A stretch of 64,000 nucleotides of DNA from Octopus vulgaris (taxonomy: Eukaryota): positions 50,220,001 to 50,284,000 of the forward strand of contig OX597816.1 in the NCBI GenBank assembly GCA_951406725.2. Direction: 5' to 3'. Made by a program: the position numbers and the translations under genes. Positions 27,487-41,277 of this stretch are shown one piece after another (within the stretch, counting starts at the first letter, position 1; each line of letters opens with the position of its first letter). The notes under the pieces are model-generated. The model was not told the DNA's origin. It did no database searches and was given only the letters and a program-made list of their open reading frames with translations.

Positions 27487-28116
27487 ATACAAGTTTCAGT
27501 TTGATAATAGAGTTTTATATATATATATATATTTATAATACACACACAGACAGACACACACATATATATATGATGCATATCCTGCATTGTTTGTAGAGTG
27601 TTACGTTGCTACAGGGAATTGAATTTTTCTTAATATATTTATATCTGTTTCGTTCATGACGGATTTCATATATTCACAAGATTGCCGTGTATTCAAGCTC
27701 AGCGTAACATGTAAGTGAATCTATAAAATACATTTGGATGTTTCTCTTCTACGTTTGAATTTAGAAAGTAAATGCCTATGAAAAATATTAAGACGGATCT
27801 AATATCAAAATTACTTTGCTGCTCACGTTGTATTTTCCACAGATATCTTCAACAAGAATGTAGAAGCTTTCTGTTTAATATCCAACAATACTGCTGTGTA
27901 CGAAAAAGACACAGTGACTTGTATACTTTGGGATTATGTTTCTTTTTTTTATATTCTTTCTTACATATTATGAATTTCTTTTGTCTTGTCTCATGGCGAC
28001 GAAAAACAATTCTATATGAAATATTGAATTGCATATAATATAAATAATATCATTTCTACTGTTGTACGCTTATGTATTGTTTACAATAAAAATAATATAT
28101 GTGATAAATAAATCAA

Positions 28117-28158
<42 letters not shown>

Positions 28159-28182
28159 AATGTGTACGTATGTATATATGTA

Positions 28183-28238
<56 letters not shown>

Positions 28239-28252
28239 TGTGTATATGTATG

Positions 28253-28289
<37 letters not shown>

Positions 28290-29004
28290 CAATCACATCG
28301 TCTACGGATATTTCGTCTTCAGAAATTGCTTTCGCAGGTATTGGTGTACTCGAACGTGTTGGATATAATTGTACACACCGCTATGTAGATTGAACTCACA
28401 AAGTTTTGAGGAATATGATGGCCTTGAAAAGTTGATTAAATATGTAAATGAAATCAATGAAATAAATAGAGGCAGCTTTATTCATGTTGATTATCAGTGA
28501 AAGAATTTAAACTTATAACACGACTCACTCGTTGGAGAGATGGAATTTTTTTTTGTGCGGCTCTGACGGTCAGGAGTATATCTGATGTTGTGCCGGACAA
28601 GAAAATATTCCAAAGATCATGAATCTTGCAGTGAAGCATGGTGACACAAGACCTGCATATTGAATGACACATTCTGAAAAAGAATCGGTCGAACTCCCTC
28701 GAAGCTCTTTATGATAGAGAGTACGACATGTCCGCAACACTTGTTGAAGATTAGGCTTTTATAAGTCAGATGTGACTTGGGAGGCAGACTTTATATTATG
28801 ACAACTCCATGGAACATACTACAGGATTTATCAACAATTACCCCGTAAGAGATGAAATCCGAGTGTAGAAATGGCTAACATAAGCCGCGGGTTCAAGATA
28901 TACATGAAGGTGTATCCACCAGCCAATTAGTTATAATCTCGGGAATTCAAAACACAAAATTCAAGAAATGAAGCAAATTTTACTACATCTCTCACTATAT
29001 ATCA

Positions 29005-29078
<74 letters not shown>

Positions 29079-29669
29079 GTTTGTTTACATAAAAAAAAAA
29101 CATTCAAACATCTCTTTAAGGTGTTTGGTATTTGGAAGGGAATCCAGACGAAAAAATGTCTGAAGAATATTACAAAATTAAAAAAAAAATTTTTTTTCCT
29201 TCATAATGACATAATTTTTTAAAGAAAGACCGGTTTCGCATTTAGCTTTTCAAATTTCTTGTGACGTTATGTGGGTTCCACGGGACTATCCCTCAGACGT
29301 AGATGCACACTGCATCGACAACAGATTGCATTCCCTGAATATAGAATGATACCTTTTAGTGAGCACATTGAGAAATGCGCAAAGCAACTACTACCACAAT
29401 TTTTAATCTTTCCATTCTACCAATGTGCTTTCGGATCATCAACACAAATTAGACTAAACAAGGAAACATTCTTCATTGAAAAGTACAAGCCCAGACTCAA
29501 CCATGCGAACATACTGATACAGAGAAATTCACATTAAGGGAAAAGGAAAAAAAAATTTAAGCGATTATCTCCCTTACACCGGAAGAAATCACCCACTACC
29601 TTCCCTTATTTAGAACTCTCCGGAGCATAAACACAAGGATAACTCTATTCAACATAAACATAACGTCAC

Positions 29670-29708
29670 AAGAAATTTGAAAAGCTAAATGCGAAACCGG
29701 TCTTTCTT
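29670..29708 (+). ncRNA. Minimal hammerhead-like motif in pLTR with non-canonical core (copies at 33584-33622 + and 29222-29260 -)
   Basis: aagaaa-tTTGAAAA-gc taaat gc-GAAA-ccgg-TC-tttctt: stem I aagaaa/tttctt and palindromic stem III; CUGANGA replaced. Confidence 0.5.
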
Positions 29709-29888
29709 TAAAAATTATGTCATTATAAATTTTTTTTTTTAATTTTCTAATATTCTTCAGACATATTGACGCAAATATATATATTTTTTAACATTTAAGC
29801 CTTCTGTCGTTTTTTCACTCTTTACTATTTTTTATATATTCACCCACGTGCTTTCACAAACCAACTTTCTTATCTATATATTATACAC

Positions 29889-32800
29889 GTGAGACCGAAA
29901 ATGCCACAGAAGACCAACAACTCGGATAAAACCTTAAATGAGGACATACTGAAAGAACTGAAAAATATTAATACACAGCTTCTTAACCTGAACAACAAAA
30001 TCGAGGAATCAAACTTACTCGCCCGGGAAAGTAAAAGCAATGAAGATACAACTCGCTACACTGACCAGGTTAGTAAGGATTTGCAACTGTTATACACAAC
30101 ACTAAATTCAATTTTCATCAACAAATCCGAAAATAATACACACGCACCAAATGAAACACAGCAGGACATCATACGCACCCAAATTAACCCAGCAAAAAGA
30201 AAAATAGGAAACATTTGGAATACTAACCTGCACAACAGAAAACTCGCCTTCTGGAACATGATAAAAAATTCCAACAAAGCAGATATTTACGAGGGATGGA
30301 TAAACTCAACACCAATTATCCTCCCACGCAAATTCCAGATAAAATTAATTCCTAACGAGCCTGACGGACAGAGATCTATTAGGGAAAAGTCAGCTCTGTT
30401 CAATTTTAGATCAGAAATAGAGCTTCTAAGACTCAGGGCCTCCACAAATGAGGAAAAATTTAAAAGCATAGACGAGGAGATGCACAATATAATACTGAAA
30501 CATACCGAGGGACAACCCCTTGAAAATACATTAGATCATTGGAAGGATACCTGTGAAAAAGAAGAGAGAAATTCTCTCCTACGCTGGGAGAAAAACACGG
30601 ACTTCTTCCAAAAATATAGTGAAACTTTCAAAAATGAATTGGGTACAAATAATCCCTTCCTTAAGAAAATTACAATAAATAAAAAAGAAAAACCAAACAA
30701 CCCACGAACAACCCCCAACTATCCTCCATACACTAAAAACAGAAATCACCCACAACCAACCTTTGCAAACCACGCAAGACTTAACAGGGAACTAGCTGAC
30801 AGAGGACGCGTCTATGAAATAAATTACACCAAAAACAGAACACACCAACAACATCCTAATACCAGACCCAACCACCATACAGCACAAAATGACACTAGAA
30901 TAAGAAATACACCACACACAAATCGCTACTACCCCATGAACCAAAATTACTGGTCCCCACTAAACACAAGACAAACGCAAAAAAACACTATGTCAAGCAA
31001 AATCCCACATACAAGCAGTTCGAAACAAAAATAATTCCCATACAGAAATTTTACACACACCACAAACAATAACAACCATAGATTCCCTCACACACAGAAC
31101 GATCGGGGGCAACAATACCACCACTCCCCCGACCAAATACCACACAACCTCACAGACAACTCATACAAACAAAATTACACCCAACATTTTTTAGCCAGGG
31201 ACCAGGGACACCAGGACACAGGCTGGAACCTAGTAATAAGGGAAAACCGAAGATAATCAATCTTTCAACCAAACCTCTTTCTAGCATAAAAATTGACATC
31301 CTCTCAAAAGGGCTCAAGTTTACACCAACTCCACACAGAGCCAACCTAAATGAAATCAAGGATAATATAACAGAATTTTGCAGAAAATTAAGACTAGCAG
31401 AAGCATAAACCAGTTTCAATACTGAAGATGAATCACTAGCCAAGAACAAAAGTGAACACATCCCACACAGAGGAAGAAATAAAGATCTTGACGAATTCTG
31501 TAACCACATTGAGAACTTCCCCTACCATACTATACATAAACAGAAAGCTAACTCAAATTTTAACACTACACAATGGAAAGAACTGATAGAACTTCAAAAT
31601 GATGAGGATATAACCATTAAGGAAGCTGACAAGGGAAATGCAGTTGTAATAATGGATACATCATACTACAGAAATCTTGTAATTTCCTTGCATGATGACG
31701 ACCTACATTATGAAAAAATTACCAACTACACCCCACAAAAGATAACGAAAACTCTATCTTCACTAATTAAAACCCATGAAAAGGAACTAACAACCAAAGA
31801 GATTGACTTCCTAACAAACTTTAAATGCAAACCTAGCCTTTTCTATGGTCTGCCAACAATTCATAAAAGTCAAATTATAAATGAAACCATTAAAAAATCA
31901 CCAAAGACATACATACACACACCTAACCCGGGGGACCTAAAACTACGACCCATTGTAGCTGGCCCAACCTGTGAAACACACAGACTAAGTCTACTTATGG
32001 ACATCCTCCTGAAACCCTTCCTTAAACATATCGATAGACATATCAGAGATGACTTAGATATGTTAAACCACCTTCCAAAAAAAGCCAAGGAAGAAACAAT
32101 CCTGGTTTCATTTGATGTAGTCAACTTGTATACCAGTATACCTCATAATTATGGACTGGAGGCAATACAATTCTGGTTAGACCAATTTCCGGAAGAAATA
32201 CCAAAAAGATCAGTAAAGAATTCATTACTAAATCAACTGAATTCATCCTACACAATAACAACTTCATGTTTGACAATACATTTTACCGTCAAAAATCCGG
32301 AATTGCTATGGGTACAAGGGCAGCACCAGTCATTGCGAACTTAACAATGGGATACATGGAAATAATCATTTACCAGGAATCTTTATCAATCTTTGGAAAC
32401 CCCCTCTCTCAATACATAAAAGAGAACTGGAAACGATTCTTAGACGATTGTTTTATTCTCTGGAATGAAAACACAGATAAACTCCTAAAATTTAAAAACC
32501 TATTGAACAGCATAAACCCAAATATACAGTTCACAATGGAATACAATAAAAAGGAGTTCCCGTCCTTAGATATACTAATTAAAAAAATTAACCTTAAAAT
32601 AGAAACAGACATTTTCTACAAAGCCACAGACGCCAAACAATACCTTCTCTTTAATTCATGCCACCCAAGACACACTAAAACAAACATCCCCTTCAACCTT
32701 TCAAGAAGGATATGCACAGACATTACCCAGCTCAACTCATAGAGGATGGGATCAGACGTGCAAAAGAAATCAACATAGAAACTTTAAGAAAAGTTCAACA

Positions 32801-33458
32801 CAACAACACACCTTCCCCGAAAATACTACCTTACATATCTACATACAACCCCAGAAACAAAGAAGCCTTCACCATCATCACCCAGAATTTACCAATACTT
32901 CATAAAAACCCCAAATTAAAGGAAATTCTAAACATACACCAAATCATTAAAAGCTACAAACAGCCTAAATCACTTCAAAAGATTCTCACAAAGGCAAAAT
33001 AGTCTTCTGAAATTACGGATGCAAAAGTAAAAAAATGTGGTAGATCGAACTGTGCAACATGTCCTAACCTGCTAGAAGGATCAGAATTCCTCTTTAAAGA
33101 GGGACAGAAATTCAAGATCAAATCTAACTTTCCTTGTGCCTCTGAAAACATAAATTATGTCATAAAATGCTCGGGCTGCCACCAAGACTACGTGGGTTCC
33201 ACGGGACTATCACTCAGACGTAGATGCACACTGCATCGACAACAGATTGCATTCCCAGAATATAGAATGATACCTTTTAGTGAGCACATTGAGAAATGCG
33301 CAAAGCAACTACTACCACAATTTTTAATCTTTCCATTCTACCAATGTGCTTTCGGATCATCAACACAAATTAGACTAAACAAGGAAACATTCTTCATTGA
33401 AAAGTACATGCCCAAATTCAACCATCCGAACATACTGATACAGAGAAATTCACATTAA
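29889..33458 (+). pseudogene. PLE polyprotein (N-terminal domain, reverse transcriptase, CxxxCxxC linker, GIY-YIG endonuclease) with frameshifts and stops
   Basis: IKEADKGNAVVIMD, FYGLPTIHK, LRPIVAG, SFDVVNLYTSIP, YRQKSGIAMGT..APVIANL, KRFLDDCF, KATD..QYLLFNSCHP, CGRSNCATC, YVIKCSGCHQDYVGSTGLSLRRR..LH. Confidence 0.95.
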
Positions 33459-33781
33459 GGGAAAAGGAAAAAAAAATGATTATCTCCCTTACACCGGAAG
33501 AAATCACCCACTACCTTCCCTTATGTAGAACTCTCCGGAGCATAAACACAAGGATAACTCTATTCAACATAACATAACGTCACAAGAAATTCGAAAAGCT
33601 AAATGCGAAACCGGTCTTTCTTTAAAAATTATGTCATTATAAAGGAAAAAAAAAATTTTTTTTTAATTTTCTAATATTCTTCAGACATATTGACGCAAAT
33701 ATATATATTTTTTAACATTTAAGCCTTCTGTCGTTTTTCACTATTTTTTATATATTCACCCACGTGCTTTCACAATCCAAC

Positions 33782-33842
<61 letters not shown>

Positions 33843-33938
33843 CATAATACATACATGCATACATACATACATACATATATACAAATATACATACGTGTAC
33901 ATATATATATATATATATATATATGAATACACACACAT

Positions 33939-34061
<123 letters not shown>

Positions 34062-34243
34062 TAGATAGATAGATAGATAGAGAGATATATAGATAAACAA
34101 ACACATACATACACACACACATATATGTATGTATATATGCACGTATGTACGTAGGTATATCAATAATTTTCTATACACACATACATATCTAGAAAACCAT
34201 GCATACATACGAAAATATGCATATATCTATGTATTTATCTATC

Positions 34244-34275
<32 letters not shown>

Positions 34276-34305
34276 TGTATGTACGTATATATACATATAT
34301 GTATT

Positions 34306-34379
<74 letters not shown>

Positions 34380-35158
34380 GACACACTCGCGAATACACGC
34401 AGCATACACAAGCGTACACACACATTATACTTATATAATTACATGCGTACACATATAGAAGGAGAGACATAGATAAATATACCAGTTTAAGTATATGCAT
34501 AGTATTTAGACGAGTATTTAAGTGTGTGCGATCATAATGGAATAAATATTATTTTAACCACGCAAGCATACATATATGTACAGACATATAATATAGACAC
34601 AGACAGTCTCACTGACACAAAAGTATATAAGTGTATTTGAAATGGCACTGGTTAAAAGAAACAAAAGTAGGAGAAACAAAAGCATATCAATACAGAAATG
34701 CTGCAATCCATGATCTGCTGACTCGTGTGATGCGAAATAATACCGTTGATTGTTGAATTGGCGGCCATTTGTTAAATATATTCTTTTCTTTTCATGCATT
34801 CAGACAATGTCATCGTTGATAACAATGAAAGACATACATTGTATAAGATATATCGATGACGTGGGCACGAACAAAGTGATATGCTAATAAAATACGCGTA
34901 CACATACAATAACACACTCGCATAGCGTGCACGACCACACAAACGTTTATATGTGCATGTGTGATCGATGAAAGAACTCACACAGATACAGCCACATGTA
35001 CGCCTATACGTATTTAAAATACACACGCACGCACCACATATCTACACTTTACATTTATTTACATAACGGCATATATTAAAAAAGCATTTATAGTTTCTAA
35101 CACATCTTCACAATCAAACCAGGATGTAAATGTGCACCCACCCATATATATATATATG

Positions 35159-35224
<66 letters not shown>

Positions 35225-35321
35225 TACATATACATATATATATATATACCTACCTACCTATGTAAGTATGTATGTTTGTATGTATGTATCTAATCTATCT
35301 GTCTATCCATCTATCTATAGT

Positions 35322-35960
35322 TGCAGCATCCGGCTGTCTGGAGAGACCATAGATCAATACTCGAAGAAAACGTGTCAGCTACAGATAGTGGTGCAACGTC
35401 TGTTTTGGCTGTAGAGGCCCACACGCGAGTTGCCGTCACACATACAGTGATTGCATTTAAAGGAGAACCTCTGCCGGCGCTGCTGCTTTTTCCTTCTGTC
35501 GTGATCGCTTTTTTCTTTCGGTGGCGAGTTTTTTTTTCTTCTCGCTTTCGTAGTATTTGTCTCCAGCGTGAGCAATCTTTTGCGACCTCCTCCCATCAAG
35601 CAAATTCATATCTCATTTGCTTACATCCTTGAAACGAAGCTGGGATCGTCCTAGTCCTCTTCTGCCCATACAGAAGAACGTTTGAGACGCTCCTGTCCGG
35701 CATATATCACCGATACAATGGATAGGACGTCGCTTGAGCAGGGTGAGTATATTGGGTATCTTGGCGTGGTTGAGGAATTCGATGTAGCTGATGTGATCGG
35801 TCCACATGATATCCAAGATGTGTTTAATTTTACGAAGGTGGAAGATGTTGAGACGCCAATCTGCCTTAGAGGCACCACATTTCAGTGCTGCAAAGTAGTG
35901 CTCTAAGGATGCCCGCCTTATAGACAGCAGTCATGGTGCTTGCAGCCAGTTTTCTGTTTT
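35322..35960 (-). mobile_element. RTE (BovB-like) LINE 3' fragment
   Basis: LDIMWTDHISYIEFLNHAKIPNILTLLKRR..., GRSQLRFKDV, terminal FKCNHC...[13 protein letters not shown] zinc-finger-like motif; ends at a microsatellite. Confidence 0.85.
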
Positions 35961-36081
35961 TCCATACACTCTTTGTGACTCTCTGTGAGCCTGGCAAATG
36001 TGGAGGGTGTCTTTACATGCATCTACTTATCTATCTATCTATCTGTCTGTATGTCTATCTATCTATCCATCTCTCTCTCTC

Positions 36082-36216
<135 letters not shown>

Positions 36217-36229
36217 CATATATATAGAG

Positions 36230-36268
<39 letters not shown>

Positions 36269-36270
<2 letters not shown>

Positions 36271-36678
36271 CGCAGGAGTGGATGTGTGGTAAGTAGCTTG
36301 TTTACCAACCACATGGTTCCGGGTTCAGTCCCACTGCGTGGCAACTTCGGCAAGTGTCTTCTACTATAGCCTCGGGCCGACCAAAGCCTTGTGAGTGGAT
36401 TTGGTAGACGGAAACTGAAAGAAGCCCGTCGTATATATGTATATATATGCGTGTGTGTGTTTGTGTGTCTGTGTTTGTCCCCCTAGCATTGCTTAACAAC
36501 CGATGCTGGTGTGTTTACGTCCCCGTCACTTAGCGGTTCGGCAAAAGGGACCGATAGAATAAGTACTGGGCTTACAAAAACAATAAGTCCCGGGGTCGAG
36601 TTGCTCGATTAAAGGCGGTGCTCCAGCATGGCTGCAGTCAAATGACTGAAACAAGTAAAAGTGTAAAAGAGTAAAGAG
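36269..36678 (+). mobile_element. Full-length tRNA-derived SINE with internal TA/TG microsatellite (octopod-type)
   Basis: ggcgcaggagtggatgtgtggtaag (A box), gggttcagtccc (B box), gcaagtgtctt, tail gaaacaagtaaaag repeats; several other copies in the window. Confidence 0.92.
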
Positions 36679-36899
36679 AATATGTATGTCTGTGTATGTG
36701 TGTGTGTGTGTGGTTGGCGGGAGTTGTGTGTGCGTGTCTGTGTATATTTGTATCTGAGCACACCAACAATAAAATATTCACATTGTACGAAACAGAACGC
36801 ACGATTAGCAATCCATTGAATTTGTTGCACAGTAAGTGAACAAATGGAAATCTGTTGAGTAACTGTAAGGCTGCTACTTCTCCTAGAACTTCAACTACT

Positions 36900-37095
36900 G
36901 CTAACGATAATAATTTCCAATTTTGGCACAACGCTAGCAATTTCGAACAGAGATTAACTCGTTTGCATCGAACGCAATGCTCGACAGGTATGTATTTCAT
37001 CGAGATCGGAAAGATTAAAAGCAAAGTCGTTTCCGGTAGTATTTGAACACCGAAAGAAAAGATGTAAAAAATGCCTCTAAACACTTTGCCCATCT
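36900..37095 (-). mobile_element. Degenerate 11812-type SINE
   Basis: atcga..tcggaaagat.aaa.gcaaagtcg...atttgaac is the reverse complement of the family core. Confidence 0.6.
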
Positions 37096-37316
37096 CAAAG
37101 TCTTAATAATAAATATTATGTTGATTAGCTGAAGAAGGATGATAATGATTATTATCATAACAATGGCAATTGGATGATAATGATACTAATAAAAACAATG
37201 GTAGTAATGATGTCAAATTTTGACACAAGGGCAATAGCTATGATAATCTATTATATAAAATCCGTTCGGTCTGTCTGTGTGTGTCTTCTACAATATCGTG
37301 CATCCTCCATCCGATT

Positions 37317-37460
37317 GTACTCTTTGCCTTTCATCCTTTCGGGGTCGATAAATTAAGTACCAGTTACGCACTGAGGTCGATGTAATCGACTTAATACCCA
37401 GGTATGTCCTTGTTTGTCCGCTCTATGTTTAGCTCCTTGTGGGTAATAAAGAAATAGGTA
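37317..37460 (+). mobile_element. 11812-type SINE 3' half
   Basis: ctttgcctttcatcctttcggggtcgataaattaagtaccagttacgcactg...taataaagaaatagg. Confidence 0.88.
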
Positions 37461-38465
37461 TCAGGGCGTGTATAAGTCTTGAAAAAACTACAAAACTCGA
37501 ATCCAGGTGAGAATGCGATCGATAAAGCCGTTTTTGTCCTGCTTTTCTTCCGTCAACCTGTCCATAACTGCATCTTCCATTTTTTGCTGTTTTTGTACTG
37601 CTAAAAGGCACGTTTCTTTCCTGTCAAGCTTACTGTTTAAACCATGTTTGTGTTCTCCCAGTCAACAGCTTTATCATTACTGGTACTTTAAACTCTTCGG
37701 TTGCTTATTTGTGTGAATAAAATTGTTTCTTTTTGGAATAGAAAAAAAAGTCTATCTTTATTTCTTTTTTGGCTGGTGCATCAAATTTAGGTTTAATCAG
37801 TGTTTCTCAAAGGGGAGGCTTATGGGACGGTCGGACAAGTTGTTTTGAGAAAATTTGGTTTGAATGTTTGACAACTCAGCACCGTATATTGGGTGGGGGT
37901 GGGGGCGTTTTGCTCGTATGAATATATAATATGATAATAACAATTGTTTGGATTACTTTGACAGCTACAAGTACTCACCATTTTGGTGGGATGTATCTAT
38001 TAAACAGTTGCTATTGTAATGAGATCTGAACAATGGAAGTTCGACAGGAATCGGACACTAAAATTTTGTTGTATTGCCTAAAGATTTTGCTGCCCAGAAT
38101 GCAATAAAATGTTCTGTAATTAGGATACAACAAGAGATAGCGGTATAAATTTGCTTTACCCATTAATCCACTTCAATATATGTAGGAAGCTCTTGTACAA
38201 GACAAAGCAGAAAGTGCTAATAATGAAATATTTATAAATTCTAATAATAACTCTAAAAAGCTAAATGCAATATATATGTCTATTTTCAAATAAAATGCAA
38301 ACAAAAAACTGGGTTTCATTATATTCTCAGCTGAAATCTCATTTGCGATATCTATACTGTTTTCTTTTTTTTAAGTATACATATGTGTGTGCATGTGTGT
38401 GTGTGTATGTATGTGTATGTTTGCATGTTTTTTGTGTGCGTTCATATACTTTTTGTAAACATATT

Positions 38466-38496
<31 letters not shown>

Positions 38497-38862
38497 GTAT
38501 GCTTATGTGCTTTTTTGCTTTTATGTGTGTTTATATTCCATGGGAAGTGAATGCTTATACGACTGTACTAATAAAGTGCAATTCATTTATGTGAGAATCT
38601 GTGTATTCGATGAATGGCAGTATGCTAATACTCTGTCTCTGTTCAGGGAGCGGGTAATCGATCGCTATTCAGTCAGTAATAAAGGCTCAAAGTACTCAGA
38701 ATTATTTTTCATTTATAACTACAGTGAGAAAAAAAAATATTGTCTTTTGCCGGCTCTACATTTCTCAGTGAGACAGAATTATGCTTTTCTCAAAAACGCC
38801 TGCTGTATGGTTGACAGACAACCAATTTAACACCTTTTAGTGCTTCTATAAAGTTTTCTGTT

Positions 38863-39304
38863 CTCCTTTATCTTTTACTTGCTTCAGTCATTAGACTGCT
38901 GTCATGCTGTGAAACCACCTTGGAGATTTTTTTATGGGATTAATCGACCCCAGAAACATTTTTCTTTAAGTACTGGTACTTATTCTTTGGGTTACTTTAG
39001 CCGAACTGCTAAGTTTCGGGAACGTAAACACTCTACCATCGATTGCCATGCGATGGTTGAGGACAAACACAAAAACGATAATGCAACACACGCACACGCA
39101 CTCACGAATACACACACTCACACACACATTTATATATATATATACCACGGACTTCTTTCAGTTTTCGTCTACCAAATCTACTCACAAAACTTAGTTCTGC
39201 CCGAGGCTACAGTAGAAAACATTTATCCAAGCTGTTACGAAGGGGGACTGAACGCAGAACCACTTGGTGTGGAATCAGGCTTCGCACCAAACAGCCTACG
39301 GCTG
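38863..39304 (-). mobile_element. Diverged full-length 36269-type SINE
   Basis: Colinear reverse-complement similarity from tail to head. Confidence 0.85.
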
Positions 39305-39333
39305 TTCATACACATATTCATATAAATATTCTT

Positions 39334-39487
39334 ACATTATTTACATTATTTACATTCGACGAATATTTGTCCTCATCTTGTTTGTTGTTAATATAAACTT
39401 TCGGCTGATATACTCTCCAGCTTTCTTGAGGTGTTTTGGGGAAGTTTCGAACCTGGGTTCTCATTCCTAAGGTATTTTTAGATGCTG

Positions 39488-39526
<39 letters not shown>

Positions 39527-39531
39527 GTATT

Positions 39532-39566
<35 letters not shown>

Positions 39567-41277
39567 CTAGTTAAGAGTAGCAACATCACACTAGATAAAA
39601 CCAATGAAATAAAAGAATTAGACCAAAGCCAAACTTACAAATACTTAGGAATCGATGAACTAGATAAGACACAACACACACAAATGAAAGAGAAAATAAA
39701 AAATGAATATTATAGACGAGTAAGATCAATACTAAAAACAGAGCTCAATGCTAAAAACAAGATAATAGGTATTAACGCTTTAGCTGTCCCAGTTATAAGT
39801 TACAGCTACAATATCCTTAACTGGACACGAAATGAACTGACCAAAATAGAAAGGGAAACAAGAAAAATAATGACAGGATCTAGGATGCATCATCCAAAAT
39901 CTGACACAGAAGGACTATATATACAACGTATAGAAGGTGGCAGAGGCCTTATTCATCTGGAAAACTACTATAAAATAACCACCATAGGACTGCAAAAATA
40001 TCTACTTCAGAAGAAAGGAAAACTGATACAAATAGCGGCAAAACACGAGCAAAACAAACAAATTGTTCTCAGTCGTTAAGGAAGCTGAAAAATACAAACA
40101 AGAAATCATACCACCTAATAAATATGAAGAAGAAGAAGAAAAAGTTGAAGAAACAACAAAAGCTATAAAACAAATGAAATCCAAAGTAAAACTAGAACAG
40201 CAAAGAATCGTGATAAAACGATGGCAAGAAAAGCCCCTTCGTGGTAAATACTGGACTAAACTAAATGCAAAAGAAATAGACAAAGAAAATCCCAGCAATG
40301 TTTGAGAAGCTCAGGACTCAAAGCAGAGACAAAGGGATTTTAATTGCAGCACAAGTCCAAATATCTCCCCACCAGAAATTACCAAAAGCATGTAATGAAA
40401 AGAAATATAACAAGTAACTGCAGAATATATGGAGATGGACAAGAAACAATAAATCATATTATCTCTGGCTGCCCAGTCCTGGTTAAGAAGGAATATATTC
40501 ACAGACATGACAGAGTTGGAACCTACATACACTGGAAGCTATGCCAACATTATGGAATAACAACAGAAAAAAGTTGGTATAGGTACACACCAGAAAAGGT
40601 CACAGAAAACGAGAAAGCAACCATACTCTGGGATATGCCGATACACACAGATAGAGAAATTAAGGCCAACAGACCAGATATAGTTGTCAAAGATCATGAA
40701 GAAAAAAATGCTTTCTAATTGATGTATCAATACCGGCAGATGACAACGGTTCTCTAGATGAAATGGAAAAACTTTCAAAATACAAAGACCTGGAAATAGA
40801 GGTAACCAAAATGTGGAATCTAAAAAAGAAACAATTCCTATCATAGCAGGTGCATTAGGCATGATAAAAAAAATATTCAGACAAATACATAACAAAAACA
40901 CCAGGACTTACAAACACATATAACATGCAGAAAATTGCACTACTGGGCACTGCACACATCCTACGCAGAACACTTTCCATACAATAACCATCAGAGCATC
41001 ACAACAAATCACAGCACATACCTAAGGCACACAGAGCTGCGCTCGGTAATGAAGTGAAAGCACGCTATAAAAATAAAACTACTAAAAATAATAATAATAA
41101 TAACATCGAAAAATACCTTAGGAATGAGAAACCTGGTTCGAAATTTCCTCCAGACACCTAAAGAAGGCTGGAGGGTATATCAACCGAATCGTTGTGTTAA
41201 CAACAAACAAGATGAGGACAAATATCCGTCGGATGTAAATAATGTACATAATTCCTCATCTCTTAAATATAGAACTG
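39334..41277 (+). mobile_element. Composite insertion: inverted pLTR-like arm, (TTA)n, Dong/R4 fragment, (TAA)n, pLTR-like arm, tail; bounded by a 13-bp TSD
   Basis: 39342-39484 is the reverse complement of 41104-41246; tataaatattctt at 39321-39333 and 41278-41290. Confidence 0.8.
39570..40987 (+). pseudogene. R4/Dong-type RT C-terminus, zinc knuckle and restriction-like endonuclease (frameshifted)
   Basis: YKYLGI, EYYRRVRSILKTELNAKNKIIGINALAVPVISYS, HHPKSD..LYIQRIEGGRGL, CRIY...ETINHIISGC, YIHRHD, ILWDMPIHTDREIKANRPDIVV, QKIALLGTAHILRRTLSIQ*. Confidence 0.93.

Larger units (their letters stand above)
29156..33785 (+). mobile_element. Near full-length Penelope-like retroelement (probably Neptune-type) with inverted 5' arm and two direct pLTRs
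   Basis: Direct repeats 29271-29869 and 33192-33785, both starting inside the EN coding region; inverted arm 29156-29272 is the reverse complement of ~29657-29764; 3' end runs into (TA)n. Confidence 0.95.

Noticed and set aside
33000-33458. Selenocysteine (UGA) recoding as reported for Naiad PLEs
   Set aside because: Endonuclease is C-terminal and the Cys positions are ordinary TGT/TGC codons
29271-33785. LTR retrotransposon suggested by ~600-bp direct repeats
   Set aside because: Repeats include endonuclease coding sequence, lack TG..CA ends, and the element has GIY-YIG rather than integrase; these are Penelope pLTRs
37798-37830. hAT/Charlie-like terminus cagtgtttctcaaa
   Set aside because: No matching opposite end or 8-bp TSD found
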